Below are positions 38,639-52,370 of a DNA stretch of 64,000 nucleotides, in pieces. Position 1 is the first letter of the stretch. Each line of letters begins with the position of its first letter. Source of the DNA: Puccinia triticina. Its lineage: Eukaryota. The notes beneath the pieces were generated by a model. It had not been told where the DNA came from and searched no databases. It saw only the letters and a program-made list of their open reading frames with translations. The translations under genes were made by a program, and so were the position numbers. The stretch lies in NCBI GenBank assembly GCA_026914245.1, contig CP110440.1, positions 1,178,001 to 1,242,000 of the forward strand. Direction: 5' to 3'.

Positions 38639-39309
38639 AGGACCCAGGAAAGCTCCTATGGAACACAGTAACCAAAATGTATGATTTTTTTGTCAAAAAC
38701 CAAAAAACCTACACACCCCAGATGTATGAATGGTCATTTTGGCCGGTAAAGGTACTCACCTCAATTGTATGAATTTTTTCTGAGGGCAAGGGGGGTAGTA
38801 ACCAAAAATGTATGAGAATCAGGGGCTCAAGCTAAGGTTGAAAGCCTTGTCTGTAATGATTTTTCAGTCTGAATCAAGTCTACAGTTCTAGGCTGGAGCG
38901 GTGCCACACTCACCTACCCTCTGGCTGCGGCTCCAGTACCACTGCCACAAGTATATACAAAGTATATCAATCCACCACCCCCTGCGCCACCCAATCCATC
39001 CACAGGTTGCATCCCACTTTCTGCCCTTCTTATTAACCCTGCCCAAGTGACCCCATTCCCCCCCCTCAACAGTTACAGCAGTCTGGTTCCCAGTTTTTTT
39101 CCTTTCTTGCCCTCCCTCTCCCCCCCCCCCCCCTTGGCAGCAGCATCAATGCTGCCCAAAAAAACGTAGGCACAAAATTTGTATGAATTTTTAGACCAAG
39201 CTCTGAACCTACACACAAAACGTGTATGAATGAGCTCCAAAAATGTATGAATTATTCAAAAATATGGGAATTTAGGTTACTGTGTTCCATAGGGGCTTTC
39301 CTGGGTCCT
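38639..39309. mobile_element. Nested TIR element, 8-bp TSD GTTAGCCT
   Basis: 35-bp TIR aggacccaggaaagctcctatggaacacagtaacc / ggttactgtgttccataggggctttcctgggtcct. Confidence 0.9.
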
Positions 39310-39928
39310 GTTAGCCTCTGCGAACGGAAGGCATTCCTTCCGATCGAAGAGGTTGTGTAGCCTCTTTGATCGGAAGGACCCCCATCCAGCCGAGGAGGTT
39401 GAGTAACCTCTTCGACTGGAAGGACTCCTTTCGGCCGAGGAGGTTGTGTAACCTCTTCGACCGGAAGGCTTCCGACCGAAGAGGTTGTGTAGCCTCCTCG
39501 ATCGGAAGGAACCCCTTCCGGCCGAGGAGGTTGGGTAACCTCTTCGACTGGAAGGACTCCTTCCGGCCGAGGAGGGTGTGTAACCTCTTTGACCGGAAGG
39601 CATTCCTTCCGATCAAAGAGGTTACTCCTCGGCCCGAAGGGGTTCCTTCTGATCGAAGAGGCTACACAACCTCTTCGATCGGAAGGAATTCCTTTGGGTC
39701 ATGGACGGTGGCAGCCGCCCCATGGCCAAATAAGGGCGGGTACCCGCTAAGGATACCCGGGTACCCGCTGGATTTCTCCCAGAAACCCGACATCCGCACC
39801 CGAACACGCACACGCTGGCGGGTACCCGCCGAACTTAACACAAGTCCCCTGCTGCGGGGCGCGCCAGCCAGTTGGCTGGCTGGTCGGTTCGCGAAGCGAA
39901 CCTCCCCGCAGGGGAGACTTGCCCCTTA

Positions 39929-40404
39929 AGTCGACAACCTCGCGTGATGAGTTTCCCACCTTTTGGTGGGAGGAAACTTCATCCTCGAATCACTCACTTG
40001 CCTCAAAACTTTGAGGATGTCTGAGCAGGGTTTATGGAAGAGCAGCATCTTCCTGTTCATCCAACCCAAACTCAGAACAAGTACATAAACTTGTGATTTT
40101 ATAATGATTTTCATAAAATCACACTTCGAACTTTTTTTTGCTCGAACGAGCGGTTCGAGTACCCCGCGCACACCAAAACAAGTCCTCGGGAGCTGAAAAC
40201 AGACAGTTTTCAAAAATCTTTATAAAATCAGTGAGGACCAGTACAACAGGATACATAACACCAAAAGAAAGACAAGAAGCAGGCCTTCATTGTCTTCTAA
40301 GGAAATTAGGTGGATAGGATCAAAGAAGCGGGTACAGGAGGAGGAAGTCAAAAAAGAGGGTTTTCCCGCGAAATCGAAAAACTCATCACGCGGGAATCCC
40401 GACT
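39929..40404. mobile_element. Nested MITE with imperfect TIRs, probable TA TSD
   Basis: agtcgacaacctcgcgtgatgagttt / aaactcatcacgcgggaatcccgact. Confidence 0.6.
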
Positions 40405-41483
40405 TATAAAGGTATAGGCCTCCAATGGCGTGGACAGCTCCGCTGCTTGCTCCCGCTCCCGCCCGGAGGCCTAGTTAAGCTCGGGTACCCGCCGACCCTG
40501 GGCGGGTACCCGCCAGCGGATAGCAGGTACCCGCAACGGGTTCGTTGGGGCCATCCCTAGCAGAAGGCTGGACGCAAAGTGCTGTAAAAAATGTGAATGT
40601 CAGCAGAACCATTTAAAAATCATGTCATTTGAAAGGAGAGATTCAGGTGGTTCCTTTGAGCTAACAATATTTGTGCCACACTCAAAATTATTAGTGTGAA
40701 CTTCTCTCAGAGCTTATTCAAGGAGGGCAGCCATTCAAGCACCTTTTAGTGTGACTTACCTTGTCATTGCTATTTTCCCTTCCAAGCTTGTCATTGCTGT
40801 TTTCCCTCCCAATCTCCTAGGGGAAGGATGAACTCACAAAGCAAGGCTCTGTCAGGAGGGACTTACACTGTATCTCCTCAAACTGGCACAGCAAGAATCT
40901 GACTTGAATTATTTTTTCAACAATCAATGCTCACATCTGGTGAGCAAGTTTTATCTTGTAGGGCTTGCACCCTACTCTGAGGGAAGACTCCAAAAAATGT
41001 GCACGCAATTTTCTCAGTGCCGCTGTCAAGTTAACCCTAAAATTGGAAGTGCAGTGGTTTAGTGAATTTTATGGACTTTCAGTGGGTGGCAGGATTTGTA
41101 TGAACCACCTCAAATTCTATATGTGGTCAAAAGGGAAAATTCATGCCTGGAAGCCAAGCTATTTTATTCCAACCCATGATATGTAAGAGGGCAAGGAACT
41201 CATGTAGAGCTTCAGCAATTCTGCCCACCCAAACTGAGAATCTTGGCCCCGCAAAACGGGGTGATAGTGCGCAAGTCCCTCCTGCGGAGGGCTGTCGGAG
41301 GCTTGCTTCGCAAGACCAGACGCCCGCAGCAGGGACTTCGAGGACTTGACTCAAGCTTGTCCGGGGGTCCAAGAGGGGAGTCCGAATCCGGACACGCGGG
41401 GTGGTGTGCGGATAGGCGGCAGTGATCAGCCGCTGGCGCGTCGATCGGAGTGGAAACCGGAAAAAAAGCCACCACCACCGACG

Positions 41484-44400
41484 ATGGCAGCCTGGACACT
41501 CGCAGGCGCACTCAACAGCAACCACGACGAAGACGAACAGCCCACGAACAACAACAACAACATCAGCATCAACAGTACGCAACCCAACTAGAACTAACAC
41601 TAAAACTCAAACGAGAAAAACTAACTCACAAACCCACAGACATCGTCGACAGCCTCACGCGCAACCCACACCACATCAGCCAGCCAGAGATATTCCACTC
41701 ATCCCTCAACATCCTCAGGTAAGCTCAGACCAAAAACCAGAAAGCACACCCAGAAACAACTGACAACCACAACCAAACAGAAACCCACTTTCCATCCCCA
41801 CAGCCACCCTCCACTCGCTCCTCGACCTGCTGCCCTCCGCATTCGAAGCACTGCTCACAGCCACCCTGCGCGACGCCAACCCCGCCGACCACACCGCCTA
41901 CAGCGCACACCGCCCACACCTCGAGCGCTTCGCCTTCCTGCTCCAGGCACTCGTCGAAGCCTGCGAGAAGCGCAGGACGACCGCCGAACCCACCTCCAAC
42001 AGACCCACCCAAAGGAAACAGCAACAGAACACCACCTTCGACTGGGCACCCCACATCCCCGACCTGCTCAACGCCCTCCTCAAGGCACTCGCACTCAAGA
42101 CCGAGTTCATCTGGCCCACCTCCCAGGACAGGGACGCGTTTATCGGGTACAACCACCACCACATCATCACTCATCCTACATACTGACCACCCTCCCACTC
42201 ACCCCACAGCTGCTTCACCAAACCCGTCTACCAGATCCTCGAGATCAAGCCTTTCGCCGACAGCCTCCCCATCCGCATCCCCGCCTTCAAAATCATCTGC
42301 ACAGCCGCCAAGAGCCATGGCCAGATCTACAGTCAGTCACTCACTCAGACATAAAAAGAAACATCCAGTGCTGACTTCCCATCTCCACAGGCACTCAGAC
42401 CTCCATCCTCCAAAAACTCCAGTACTTCGACCATCTCTCCGAATACATGGCCGAGCTCACTCACCTGCTCGTCGAATCAAAGGACTTGCCCCAGCTAGCC
42501 GACGCCATCCTGCGCGAGATCAGCACCAAGACCTTCTCGGCCCAAGACAACAAAGGCCCCCGGAGCTTCTCGCGCTACCTCGTCAAGCTCACCACCCTCG
42601 CCCCCCGTCTAGTCTTCCGCCAGATCGTCATCCTCCAGAAACACCTCGACAGCGAATCCTACGTCATGCGCATCTGCCTGCTCGAGATCTTTGGCAAGCT
42701 CATCCAGGCACTCAGCCAGGAGGAACAGCCCCACAACAACAACAACAACAACCCTGCAGACGATCACCCCGACAACCAGCTGGGCGGGGCCGCCGGAGGG
42801 AGAGATAAGGAGAATCAGTCCCAGGGCGTCAAGCTCGATGGCTTCTTCAACCTCCTCTTCGATCGCTTCTGCGACTCCAACACCTTCGTCAGGGTCAAGG
42901 TCGTCAACATCTTCGAGGACATCCTAAAGTATAACACACACACTCTCTCTCTTTAACCTGCATCACACACACGCACATATATTAATCATATTTATTCACA
43001 ACAACAGGCTCTCTGTGCCCTTCCCCAAACATCGCTTACGGCTGGCCGCGATGGCGCTACGCTCATTGGAAGACAAGTCTTCGCAAGTCCGCAAACATTG
43101 CATGACAGTGCTCAGCAGACTGATCGAGACCCATCCTTACGGGGTCATGCATGGGGGCGAGCTGGAGATCGGCGAGTGGCAGGCCAGGTACGACGAGATC
43201 GTCAAGGAGCTCAGCGTGCTCGATCTGCCGGCCAACAACGGCGTGGACGAGGAAGTGCGCAAGATCATGGAGGGCGACGGCGACGAGCAGCAGCAGCAGC
43301 AGCAGCAAGACGAAGATGAGGACGTGTCGATGTCTGACAGTAGCGAGAGACCCGCCAAGAAGAACAAGACCCCAAGGACGAGCCAAGCTGCTGCAGAGAT
43401 GGACGTGGCGGCGGTCGACCAACAACAAGCGGCGCTCTCGACGTACGACTCGCAAGAGCTCATGAAGCTCCGGCTGACCAAGAAGTACTACGCAGATGCG
43501 ATCCAGTTCATCCACATCCTCCACAACGCCGTGCCGGCCATCGAGAAGCTGCTGGCCTCCAAAGTGAAGGCCGAGGTGCTCGAGGCCATCCACTTCTTCA
43601 AGACTGCCTGGACTTACAAGCTTCAAGGGGCCGAGGCCGGCGTGAAGAGGATGGTCCATCTCGTCTGGGCCGTCGAGAACGCCGCCGTCGACGAGCCTCC
43701 CAACAAGGACAACAATGAGGGAGAGCCTGCCCCGCCCCCCATCAAGGACACCAAGGGCGTTCGCGCCGCCCTCATCGATTGTTATCAGGAACTTTACTTC
43801 GCTCCCCTCGTCCGACAGCAGGGCGAAAGCGTGGCGGCGTACGCGACGCGCAACATTGCGCGGATTGCGCGCAACATGATCGAGTCCGTGCTCTCTTTTC
43901 CTTTTCCCACCTTCCTTACTTACTTATTTGGCTGTCTTACAGATTAACGTACCATGCAACACTAGCCGAACTTACGTCTTTAGAAGAACTGCTAGGTGTG
44001 ATGATGGAGCGCGGATACGTGCACGAAGACGTGCTCGATAAGCTGTGGGAGGTCTATGCGACCTCCAAAGAGATCGCCCAACGCCAGCGCCGTGGCGCGG
44101 CGATCGTGCTCGGCATGCTCGCCGCTCCCAGGCCCTCCGTCGTTGCTGACCATCTCGATAAGCTCGTCGCAGTTGGCCTCGGAGCTATGGGAAAGGTGCG
44201 TTTTTTATCCGGCATGCTTGGGTCGCGTGCAGTGTTGATTGGGTGCGGCTTTGTGTGTGTGTGTGTGTGTGTGTGTGTCTATAGGGCGATCTGGTGCTTG
44301 CTAGGTATTCTTGTATTGCGCTTAGTCGGCTGGGAGGGAGTGCCAAGAAAGTGAAAGGTGAGTCTCAAAGGAGGGCTTTATACAGGATCTGAAGAGAAGA

Positions 44401-46807
44401 CTGAAGCACCCAGTGTTATAATAGGCTCCTTGATCGACCGCAACATCCGCTTGCCCCTCGATAACCCCGTCTTCCGCAAGCTCGCCGATATCATCCAGAC
44501 TCCTACCCGCAGCAAGGAGTGGTTCGCTATGGCTGAGCAGGCCTTGAATACTCTCTATGGACTCGCCGACCAGCCCGACTTGCTGTGCACTGAGATCCTC
44601 CAGCGGATGGCGCTGGAGTGTTTCGAAGGCGCGTCGACTGGGCCGACAGACGGGATGATGGACATCGACCACCCGTCTGACGCTGTCCCTCCCGCAACAG
44701 ACCCGCAGGCGGCGCCGGAGGAGGAGGAGGACACCAGCAGAATGGAATCCACTAGTCTGCCGGGCCCATCGTCGATGTCGGCAAGTCAACAACCACATGA
44801 ACACCGTGCTCTGCTCGTCGACCCCTTCAAGCTCAGCCAGCTCATCTTCCTCGCCGGCCATGTTGCCGTCAAGCATCTCGTCCACCTCGAGCTCATCGAG
44901 CGCGAGTTCAAGAGACGCAAGGCCGCCGACGACCAAGCCCGCTCCAAGCTCACCAACCCCCGTAGGACTGGCGCCGCCGCCGCCGGGGGAGGAGGAGCGG
45001 GCGCGGGCGAGAAGGAGAAGGAGCAGCAGGAGGGCGAGGAGCTCGACCAGGTAGCGGGGAACGTCGAGGACGATATCGCTGACGTCGTCTTCCATGCTAG
45101 GGAGAAGGAACTCTTGTTTGGCAAGCAGTCTATCCTCGCTGTGTTTGCGCCTATGACCGTCCAGATCTGTGGGCTCCCGGCGGTGTATAAGGTGCGCTGT
45201 CTGCTTTAGCGCTGATGGAGGGAGGGAAAATGAGGTGTAATCTGATCTGGTTATGTGCTTAACAGAACGAAACGCTCCAGACGGCCGCAGCACTCTCGCT
45301 GGGCAAATTCATGTGTGTGAGCGGGGAGTTCTGCGAGAAGCATCTGATGCTACTGTTCAAGATCTTGGAGACATCGCAGAACCCGGCGGTGCGCTCGAAC
45401 ATCATCATCGCCCTGGGGGACATCGCGGTCTGTTTCGCGACGATCATGGACCAGCATTCCGACGGGCTTTATAAAGGCCTGGCCGACCCGGACCTCGACG
45501 TCAAGAAGAACACGCTCATGGTCCTCACCCATCTCATCCTCAACGGCATGATCAAGGTCAAGGGCCAGCTCGGCGAAATCGCCAAGTGCATCAACGACCC
45601 CGAGAAGAGGATCTCCGAGCTTGCCCAGCTCTTCTTCGACGAACTCTCGAAGAAGGACCAGAACGCTATCTACAATAATCTGTGGGCCCACCCTCTCTCT
45701 TCTCGGCCTCTGCAGGACACTCATTGCTTTCTTTTTTTTTCGGCAGGCCGGACATGATCTCGCACTTGTCCGTCGGCAAACATGCGGTTGACGCGCCCCT
45801 GTTCCGTTCGGTGATGGACAACATCTTCAAACACCTCAAAAAAGTCCATCACTTTCTTTCTCACACACACACAAACACACAGCGCTGGACGCTGATAGAG
45901 AGCATGGTTTTTTTCCTGTGCGGGCATATGTAGGACAAGCAATCGGAGGCGATCGTCGAGAAGCTCTGTCAACGCTTCAGACTCGTCGGCGAGCTCCGGC
46001 AGTGGCAGGACATCGCTTATTGTCTCGCCCTGTTACAGTTCAAGTCCGAGAAAGCGCTCAAAAAGGTCCGTCTCTCGTTTCCGCTCGTCGTTTCTCCCTT
46101 CAGTGCACTGATGCCCCCCCACCCGCGAGTAGTTGGTCGATGGGCTGCCGTCGTATCAGGATAAGCTGTACGACCCCGAAGTGTTCAAGAGCTTCGAAGA
46201 CATCTTGGTCAGTTGATGCCTCTCTCTCTCTTTCATCTGACAGCAGTGGGCAAAAACACTGAGACAAGGGACGCCGGTGTTGGCTGGCTGATCTGATGAC
46301 AGACGAAGGTGAAGGCGAACAAGTGGGCCAAGGAGCATGGCGACCTGGTCGAGTTCGAGAAGGCGCTCCGGGCCCAGAAGGAGAAGGGCGAGGAGGACCA
46401 GCTGATGGAGCGCAAGGTCCACAAGAAACAGGCTGTCGTCCGCAAGCGTCGCCAGAAGCAAGCCGTCGCCCCGCCCCCGTCCCGTAGGCGCATCCCCACT
46501 CACAACAACAACGACGACGACGAGGATGATGATGACGACGACGAGGAGGAAGAGGAGGATGGGGAGGATGGGGCTGGTCAGCAGGACCAGGCGGACGCAC
46601 GCCCCGCTAGGAAAGCCAAGCCGACGAAACCCGCCAAGCCGCCCGCAACCCGGCCCGCTCGCTCCACACGCCAAAGTCCGTCTCTCTCTGTCTCTCTCTT
46701 GGGGCCTGGTTGACTCACACTCCCCCCTTGGGTTCTGTTTCTGGGTGCGGTCACGCACAGGTAGTCGCAGGAATCGGAGAGACGCGACGCCGTCGTCGGA
46801 CGACTAA
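41484..46807 (+). CDS. CND1: Condensin complex non-SMC HEAT subunit (Cnd1/Ycs4/CAP-D2), multi-exon
   Basis: Exons encode LDSESYVMRICLLE, LEDKSSQVRK..LIETHPYG, LTSLEELL, ELDQVAGNVEDD, MCVSGEFCEKHL, VRSNIIIALGDIAV, VKKNTLMVLTHLILNGMIKVKGQLGEIAKC; GT-AG introns. Exon borders were not all resolved. Confidence 0.95.
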
Positions 46808-48664
46808 GGTCGCCTCCGCCGCCCGCTCGGCTTGTCCGACCCCACACCGGCCTGGCAGGCCGCGCTTCCCCACGCTTGTTGTTGTAATCCAGCCCCGGGC
46901 GGCCTTCTTGTGTGTTCTTTTGCCCGCGCGTCCTGCGCCCAGGCTCGGAAAGGTCCCTGCGGATGTCGGGCCGGGCGATGGAGCAGTGTGTGTCGTGAGC
47001 GGGCAGTGTGTGTACGACGCCTTGCTTCCGCCGTCCCCCTCTGCCGTGCGTTCTAAGGTACATAATTGGGCCCCCGCTCGGCCCGCTCGAGCGCGGCTTC
47101 GAGCGCGCTGGGAGAGCGCTTCCCGTGGATGCCCCGGATGCCCCTGGACGCCCTTCTGTAGGACCTGCTTGAGAGTTATATGTGCATGAGTTGATGAAGC
47201 TGGGACTGATGGGCATTTAAGGAGGTGGGTCGTTCACGCAGATTCCTCCCCCCGGGGATCCAGCTTCTTCCTGCCCCCTCCATCCAGCCCCTCCATTCAT
47301 TTGATGAGCTGTCTCCTGGACGTGACGTTTGACCGACACTTTGTGTGTTGCTGCAGCACAGGATGGGGGTCCTTCGCAAGGTCCCTTTTTTTTGATGGAA
47401 TTGAGGCCAAACAGGCACGGGTCGCGGGAGGAAGATCGGTTTTGAGCGAGTAGCAGAGACGGTGTGGGATAAGCTTATACTCACAGGGGCTTCAGTTCCT
47501 TGGCAGAAAGACCTTTAGCAGGCTCGAGTGTGCACAAGTGGGACAGGGACAGAGCTGATGGTTTTGCTTTCCTTAGTGTCCAGCATGATTTAAATAGACT
47601 AGATACCATCGAGATGGCCATTGGCACCCGCTGGTGCCCACCACTCTGTAGCAGGTCCTTTCTGCCCTTGCAAGTGCCAGCCGGCAGGCACGGGGTGTTC
47701 CATTTTAGTGAAAAAGGTAAGCATGTGTAGGTGTGCACCCGCCAGGGGTCCCTGCAAGAGCAGATAAGTACATGATAAAGAGTGGCGGGTACCTGCCAGT
47801 GGGTGCCAAGGGGGGCTCACAATGGAATTTGAAAAAAAAGTTTGGAGCCCACTTTGAGGCCTTTATGAACAGCTTTTTGAAAAATGTAGAAGTTGTTCTG
47901 GTTGCCAAGCAATGCACCCAACTGTGGGAAGCTGATTTTTTTTTAAAAAAAAAAAGTTCATAAAGCCTTGAAATGGGCTCTCAAGTTTTGTCAAAATTCT
48001 GTTGTGAACCCGCCTAATATGTTCAGCTTGAGGGTGAAGTGATGTAGCATATTAGATAGGAAAAAAGAAACACATTCACAACAGACGGACAGCAAAGAGT
48101 GACAGGTGTATGAAAGAAGAAGGAGATCAGGAACAAGTGAAGTTCCAATATTTTCAAGTGTTTGGGGATTGTTTTCAATAACATTTTGCTATAAAATGTG
48201 GAGTGCGCACTGTGGATTGTTCAAGAAGTGTTGTTGGGCTTTTTGGTAAAGAAAACACGCCAGGATATAGATTCCAATACCATGGTGATTGTTTTATTGT
48301 TCTTTTCTGGAAAGTGGGGAATGCCCATCTCATGTGCCAAAGAAAAGAAAAAAAAACGGTCTGCATCTGATGCACAATTTCGAACTTCAAATTTATTTGT
48401 ATCTTTCTTAGTTTTAATGAGCATTTTTTAGAGTATTTAGCAATGGGATGCCCCTACACATAGCTCATGAATTGTCATCCAAACTTAAAGTAAACCCGAG
48501 TCTTTGGAAGCATCAGTGGGCTGAAAATCGACATGTACATATTGCATACGGCGAAGACGGGGGTATGCAATTTGAGCCAAAAAGTTGGAGACGCTCGATT
48601 GCAATCGACGAGGTACATACAAAGACAGCAAACAACCCAGAACAAGACCAAGAAGCTATCCAGG

Positions 48665-50775
48665 ATGTCGAACAGATTGGTCTCAACACCTATGGCGATC
48701 AAGAACTCACGCGGATGCTTGCAAGCTCAACCTCAACCTGTTCGGCTTAAACAACTCAATCGATTGTATTCCACCAACCAACCACCAAGCCCACTATCCT
48801 TCTCAAAACCATCGCATAAGAAATCGAAAACCAAATCAAGAACAGATCCTAGACTAGTCTTCAGAGTAAATGGACTCCCTCTAGCTTGCATGGCAAAAAT
48901 AACTATCAATCTAATCATGCATGTTGTTCTTTCTTTTTATGGAACGCCTACACAGAGCTCATTCCATTCTACCTCTTCTGCCTTCGCTTCAAAAGATCCG
49001 TATTCAGTGCTTGGAGTCAAGAAAGATGCGCCAGCATCAGAAATAAAGAAAGCCTATTACTCGGTCGGTATCGCTTTATCACACATCTTTATTTCCTCAT
49101 TAATTCTACCTCTGATAAGTACCCCCCTGGTCTCATTATTACAAGTATAGCTCGCCAAAAAGTATCATCCAGATGTCAACAAGGAGGCTGGGGCCAAGGA
49201 GCGTTACCAGAGTGTTCAAGAGGCCTATGATGTGAGAAACTTGCTCAGGCGCTGTAATTTTATGATTATCCTGCAAAATTGACATGCGCATTTGTTTTCT
49301 GATTGGTACAGACGCTGAGTGACGAAAAGAAGAGAGCCGCCTATGATCAATTTGGACCGATGTCGCAGCAACCAGGCTTCGATCCCAACGCATTCGGAGC
49401 TGGAGGCGGGTTTGGAGCCGGCGGAAACCCATTTGGAGACATGTTTGGTGGTGGTGGTGCTGATCCTGGAGATGTGTTCAGCAGCCTATTCGGAGCCTTT
49501 GGTGGTCGAGCTGGGGCTCGGGGGGCAAGCCAGCAGGTTTTTGTTGGAGACGATATGGAGGCATCGATCACGATCCCATTCGAAGAAATGGCGAAAGGCA
49601 CCAGTCGGACAATCCATACCACACCTATCGTCAACTGCCCTCCCTGTAATGGCGAAGGGATCAAACAGGGCGCAAAGCCACAGACCTGCCGAGCATGTAA
49701 CGGGACCGGAACAATGACCTTCGTGGTTCAAAGCGGCTTCACAATGGCTAGTACCTGTCAGAGTTGTGGCGGATCAGGTAAAAAAGTCGACGACAAAGAT
49801 CTGTGTGGCTCTTGTGGAGGGATCGGAAAAGTTCGAGATCGGAAACAAGTCGATGTCAAGATTCCAGCAGGTGTAGAGGACGGTATGAGGATCAAGTTGG
49901 CTGGACAAGGGAATGCGCCAGTGGGCGGAGGGAAAGGTGGCCGACCGGGCGATCTATACGTCAAAGTAAACGTGTCTCCTTCGAAAAAATTCAGAAGACA
50001 AGGAAACAATCTGTACACCGATGTCAAAATCCCATTCCATACTGCGCTTCTTGGGGGAACCGTTCGAGTACCCACATTAGAGAAGGAGGTCGACGTTCAG
50101 GTGCCACGGGGCACTCAACCCGGCGAAGAACTGGTCCTCAAAGGTCGTGGAGTCAAACATTTATACAAAGAATGGCTTGGTGACTTGATTGTCAAGTTCA
50201 ATGTCACCATCCCAAGGTTAGTCATTCGCGTGCTTTTTCCATAATATAAACCAAACTGTATCGCGTGCCTAAAGCTCAATCAGAACTTCTTTTATGCCAC
50301 ATTTAGGTCTTTAACTGATGACCAACGCACAGCATTGGAAGCATATGTGGCAACACTTGAAGGGAAACCCAATCCCACAACTTCAACCGAGTCTACTGTT
50401 GAATCTAAACCGAGTGAGTAAAAATGTTTTGTTTCGAGTTCCTTGGCTACTTTTTCTTCATCCGGCTGTCTCTCATCGTGCACCTCTATATCTTGCGCTG
50501 GATACCGGTGGCTTCTTACACCTCAAGAGAACTAGAGTTCATTGTGGAATCTTCGCCTTTTTATCCTTATCACTTTATCTTCCATCCGTCTTCAATTCAT
50601 TCCAAAAAAAAAAAAATGGCACTGTTGTCCTGCATCTCATTATCCTCACGTCGTTCACTTTGTGCGCTTTTCTTCCTTTCGGGGTCATTTGTTAGATCAT
50701 GATGACCACGGTGACTCCTCTAATGGATCAAATGATGGTCTGTTCTCTTCGATCAAGAAATTATTTCAAAGGTAA
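48665..50775 (+). CDS. MDJ1: Type I DnaJ/Hsp40, probably mitochondrial (Mdj1-like), multi-exon
   Basis: Basic N-terminal presequence ending FHSTSSAFA; J domain DPYSVLGV...KKYHPD; G/F region; four CxxCxGxG motifs; C-terminal domain. Start codon is uncertain. Confidence 0.92.
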
Positions 50776-51311
50776 CCCTTCTCGGAACAACGACCAAATA
50801 AAATCATAAAAAAGACCAAATCAAAAATCAATGTCTTTTTCACCTTGAAAATTTTGACTCTTCCGAGTATGGCTTCAGGTCCCCCGTGACGGGTACCCTG
50901 TCCCTGTTGGCAGGTCACAGGTACCTGCCGGCGGGGGCGGGTGTCTGATCTAGGGCTGGACCCCGCCGGGTACATACCCAAGATCCTCCAGCCGGTCATG
51001 CTCCCGTGGAAATCCCCGCGGATAACGGGTTGGTTACATGGTTAGATGCGGGTACCCACGGATATGCCTGGTAATGATTGGGTATACCCAACTGGAAGCG
51101 CAAGAAATCAACCTACCCCTTGCTCTAGGAATGGCAAAGTGGTTCCTGGCCATTCCTACCACCAGTTTGTCATCCAAGCAACTTTTTTCAAAATCAAACA
51201 ATATATAAATAAACAGATTTAGTTTGCGCACAAAAGGAAACTTGTTGTGCATGGGAATTACTGTTGACTCAAAGTTGCTTCACGTCAGGACCCCCTCCGT
51301 GCATGCCACCA

Positions 51312-51417
51312 CATTGTGAAAAAAAAAACTCAAGAAACTGCTGCCAGTTGACATGCAATATTACAAAGGCACATATTGCATTTCAACTGGCAGCAGTTTC
51401 TCGAGTTTTTTTCAGTG
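51312..51417. mobile_element. 106-bp MITE related to the TIR of the 35066-38355 element, TSD CCA
   Basis: aaaaactcaagaaactgctgccagttga / tcaactggcagcagtttctcgagttttt..cagtg. Confidence 0.8.
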
Positions 51418-51891
51418 CCAGCTCCCCCGGCCAAAAAACTATCCACACAGGGGGGTGCTGTGCGGTGACAGGTGGCCGGGTTGAGACACTCTGGCCATCT
51501 GGAGGAATCAATCCTCACAATGTGAGAAATCCTCTGGGATGAGTGGCAGTTCTCTGAGGGAAAAATAACAAGTAAGATATTGCGGTTAAGTAATACTTAT
51601 GTTACGGGTGGTTGGAAGGACTGCCCCTCTATTTTACTACACAAGAATTCTGACAACAAAATTTGTTTATTGTTGTGGCAAAACCTTGACAGAGAACACT
51701 TTGTGCAGTAGTCTCTATCAGACCTGGATCAGTGACATGTGTAACACAAAACCCCTAATATAATTTCTACAATGGATGGGTCCAAGGAGTCAGTGAAGTT
51801 CCAGGATGCTTAGGTATTTACAGGATTGTGATGTTCCTTCTTGGTTTGTGTTGAAATGTTGTACTCCTTAGTGGTCAAAATCAACACATCA

Positions 51892-52047
51892 CACTACAGG
51901 CATGTAGCTGTTGCTGCGGGATGGAGCGTCACCCTGTTGTTGCAAGCCCGCGTGACTGCGCAAGTAGGCGCAGTCACTGCGGCCGCGACCCCAAATGCAA
52001 CGTCAGGTGACGCTGCGGGCCGCAACGACACCTAGTTGCCCGTAGTG
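51892..52047. mobile_element. 156-bp CACTA-ended MITE in the 5' LTR, TSD TCA
   Basis: cactacaggca / tgcccgtagtg; the empty site acacatcaggcatgg is present in the 3' LTR. Confidence 0.92.
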
Positions 52048-52056
52048 TCAGGCATG

Positions 52057-52057
52057 G

Positions 52058-52110
<53 letters not shown>

Positions 52111-52145
52111 AAGCGAAGGTTGCTGGTTCAATCCTGCCCAAGTCA
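52057..52145 (+). tRNA. tRNA-like sequence in the 5' LTR (more degenerate copy)
   Basis: GACTTGG/CCAAGTC acceptor stem, GCCT/AGGC D stem, GGTTCAATCC T loop one base short. Confidence 0.65.
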
Positions 52146-52370
52146 ATCATTTCCTAAGTGTCTGCAAATTGCATTATTAGTTTTAACACAATTAACAGTC
52201 TTTGTTGCTACACTCGGTCTACCGTTCCAATTTTTTTTCTGTTGCCCTCTCACTCTCTCAACCAGATCAAATCAATCATCTCAATTGACCCAATCACACT
52301 TCTTGAATCTTTCTTTCTCATCTCTTCTTGGTTTTCAACCCTTGATCAAACTATTCTTCAAGTCCTCAAG

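Larger units (their letters stand above)
38442..40559. mobile_element. hAT-like non-autonomous element, 8-bp TSD GCAGAAGG, with nested insertions
   Basis: tagagatggcccc / ggggccatcccta; gggtaccc subterminal motifs; ~40-bp degenerate tandem repeat at about 39325-39690. Confidence 0.88.

Noticed and set aside
41484..46807. Functional link between the condensin gene and the neighbouring satellite
   Set aside because: Proximity alone; nothing in the sequence supports a connection.
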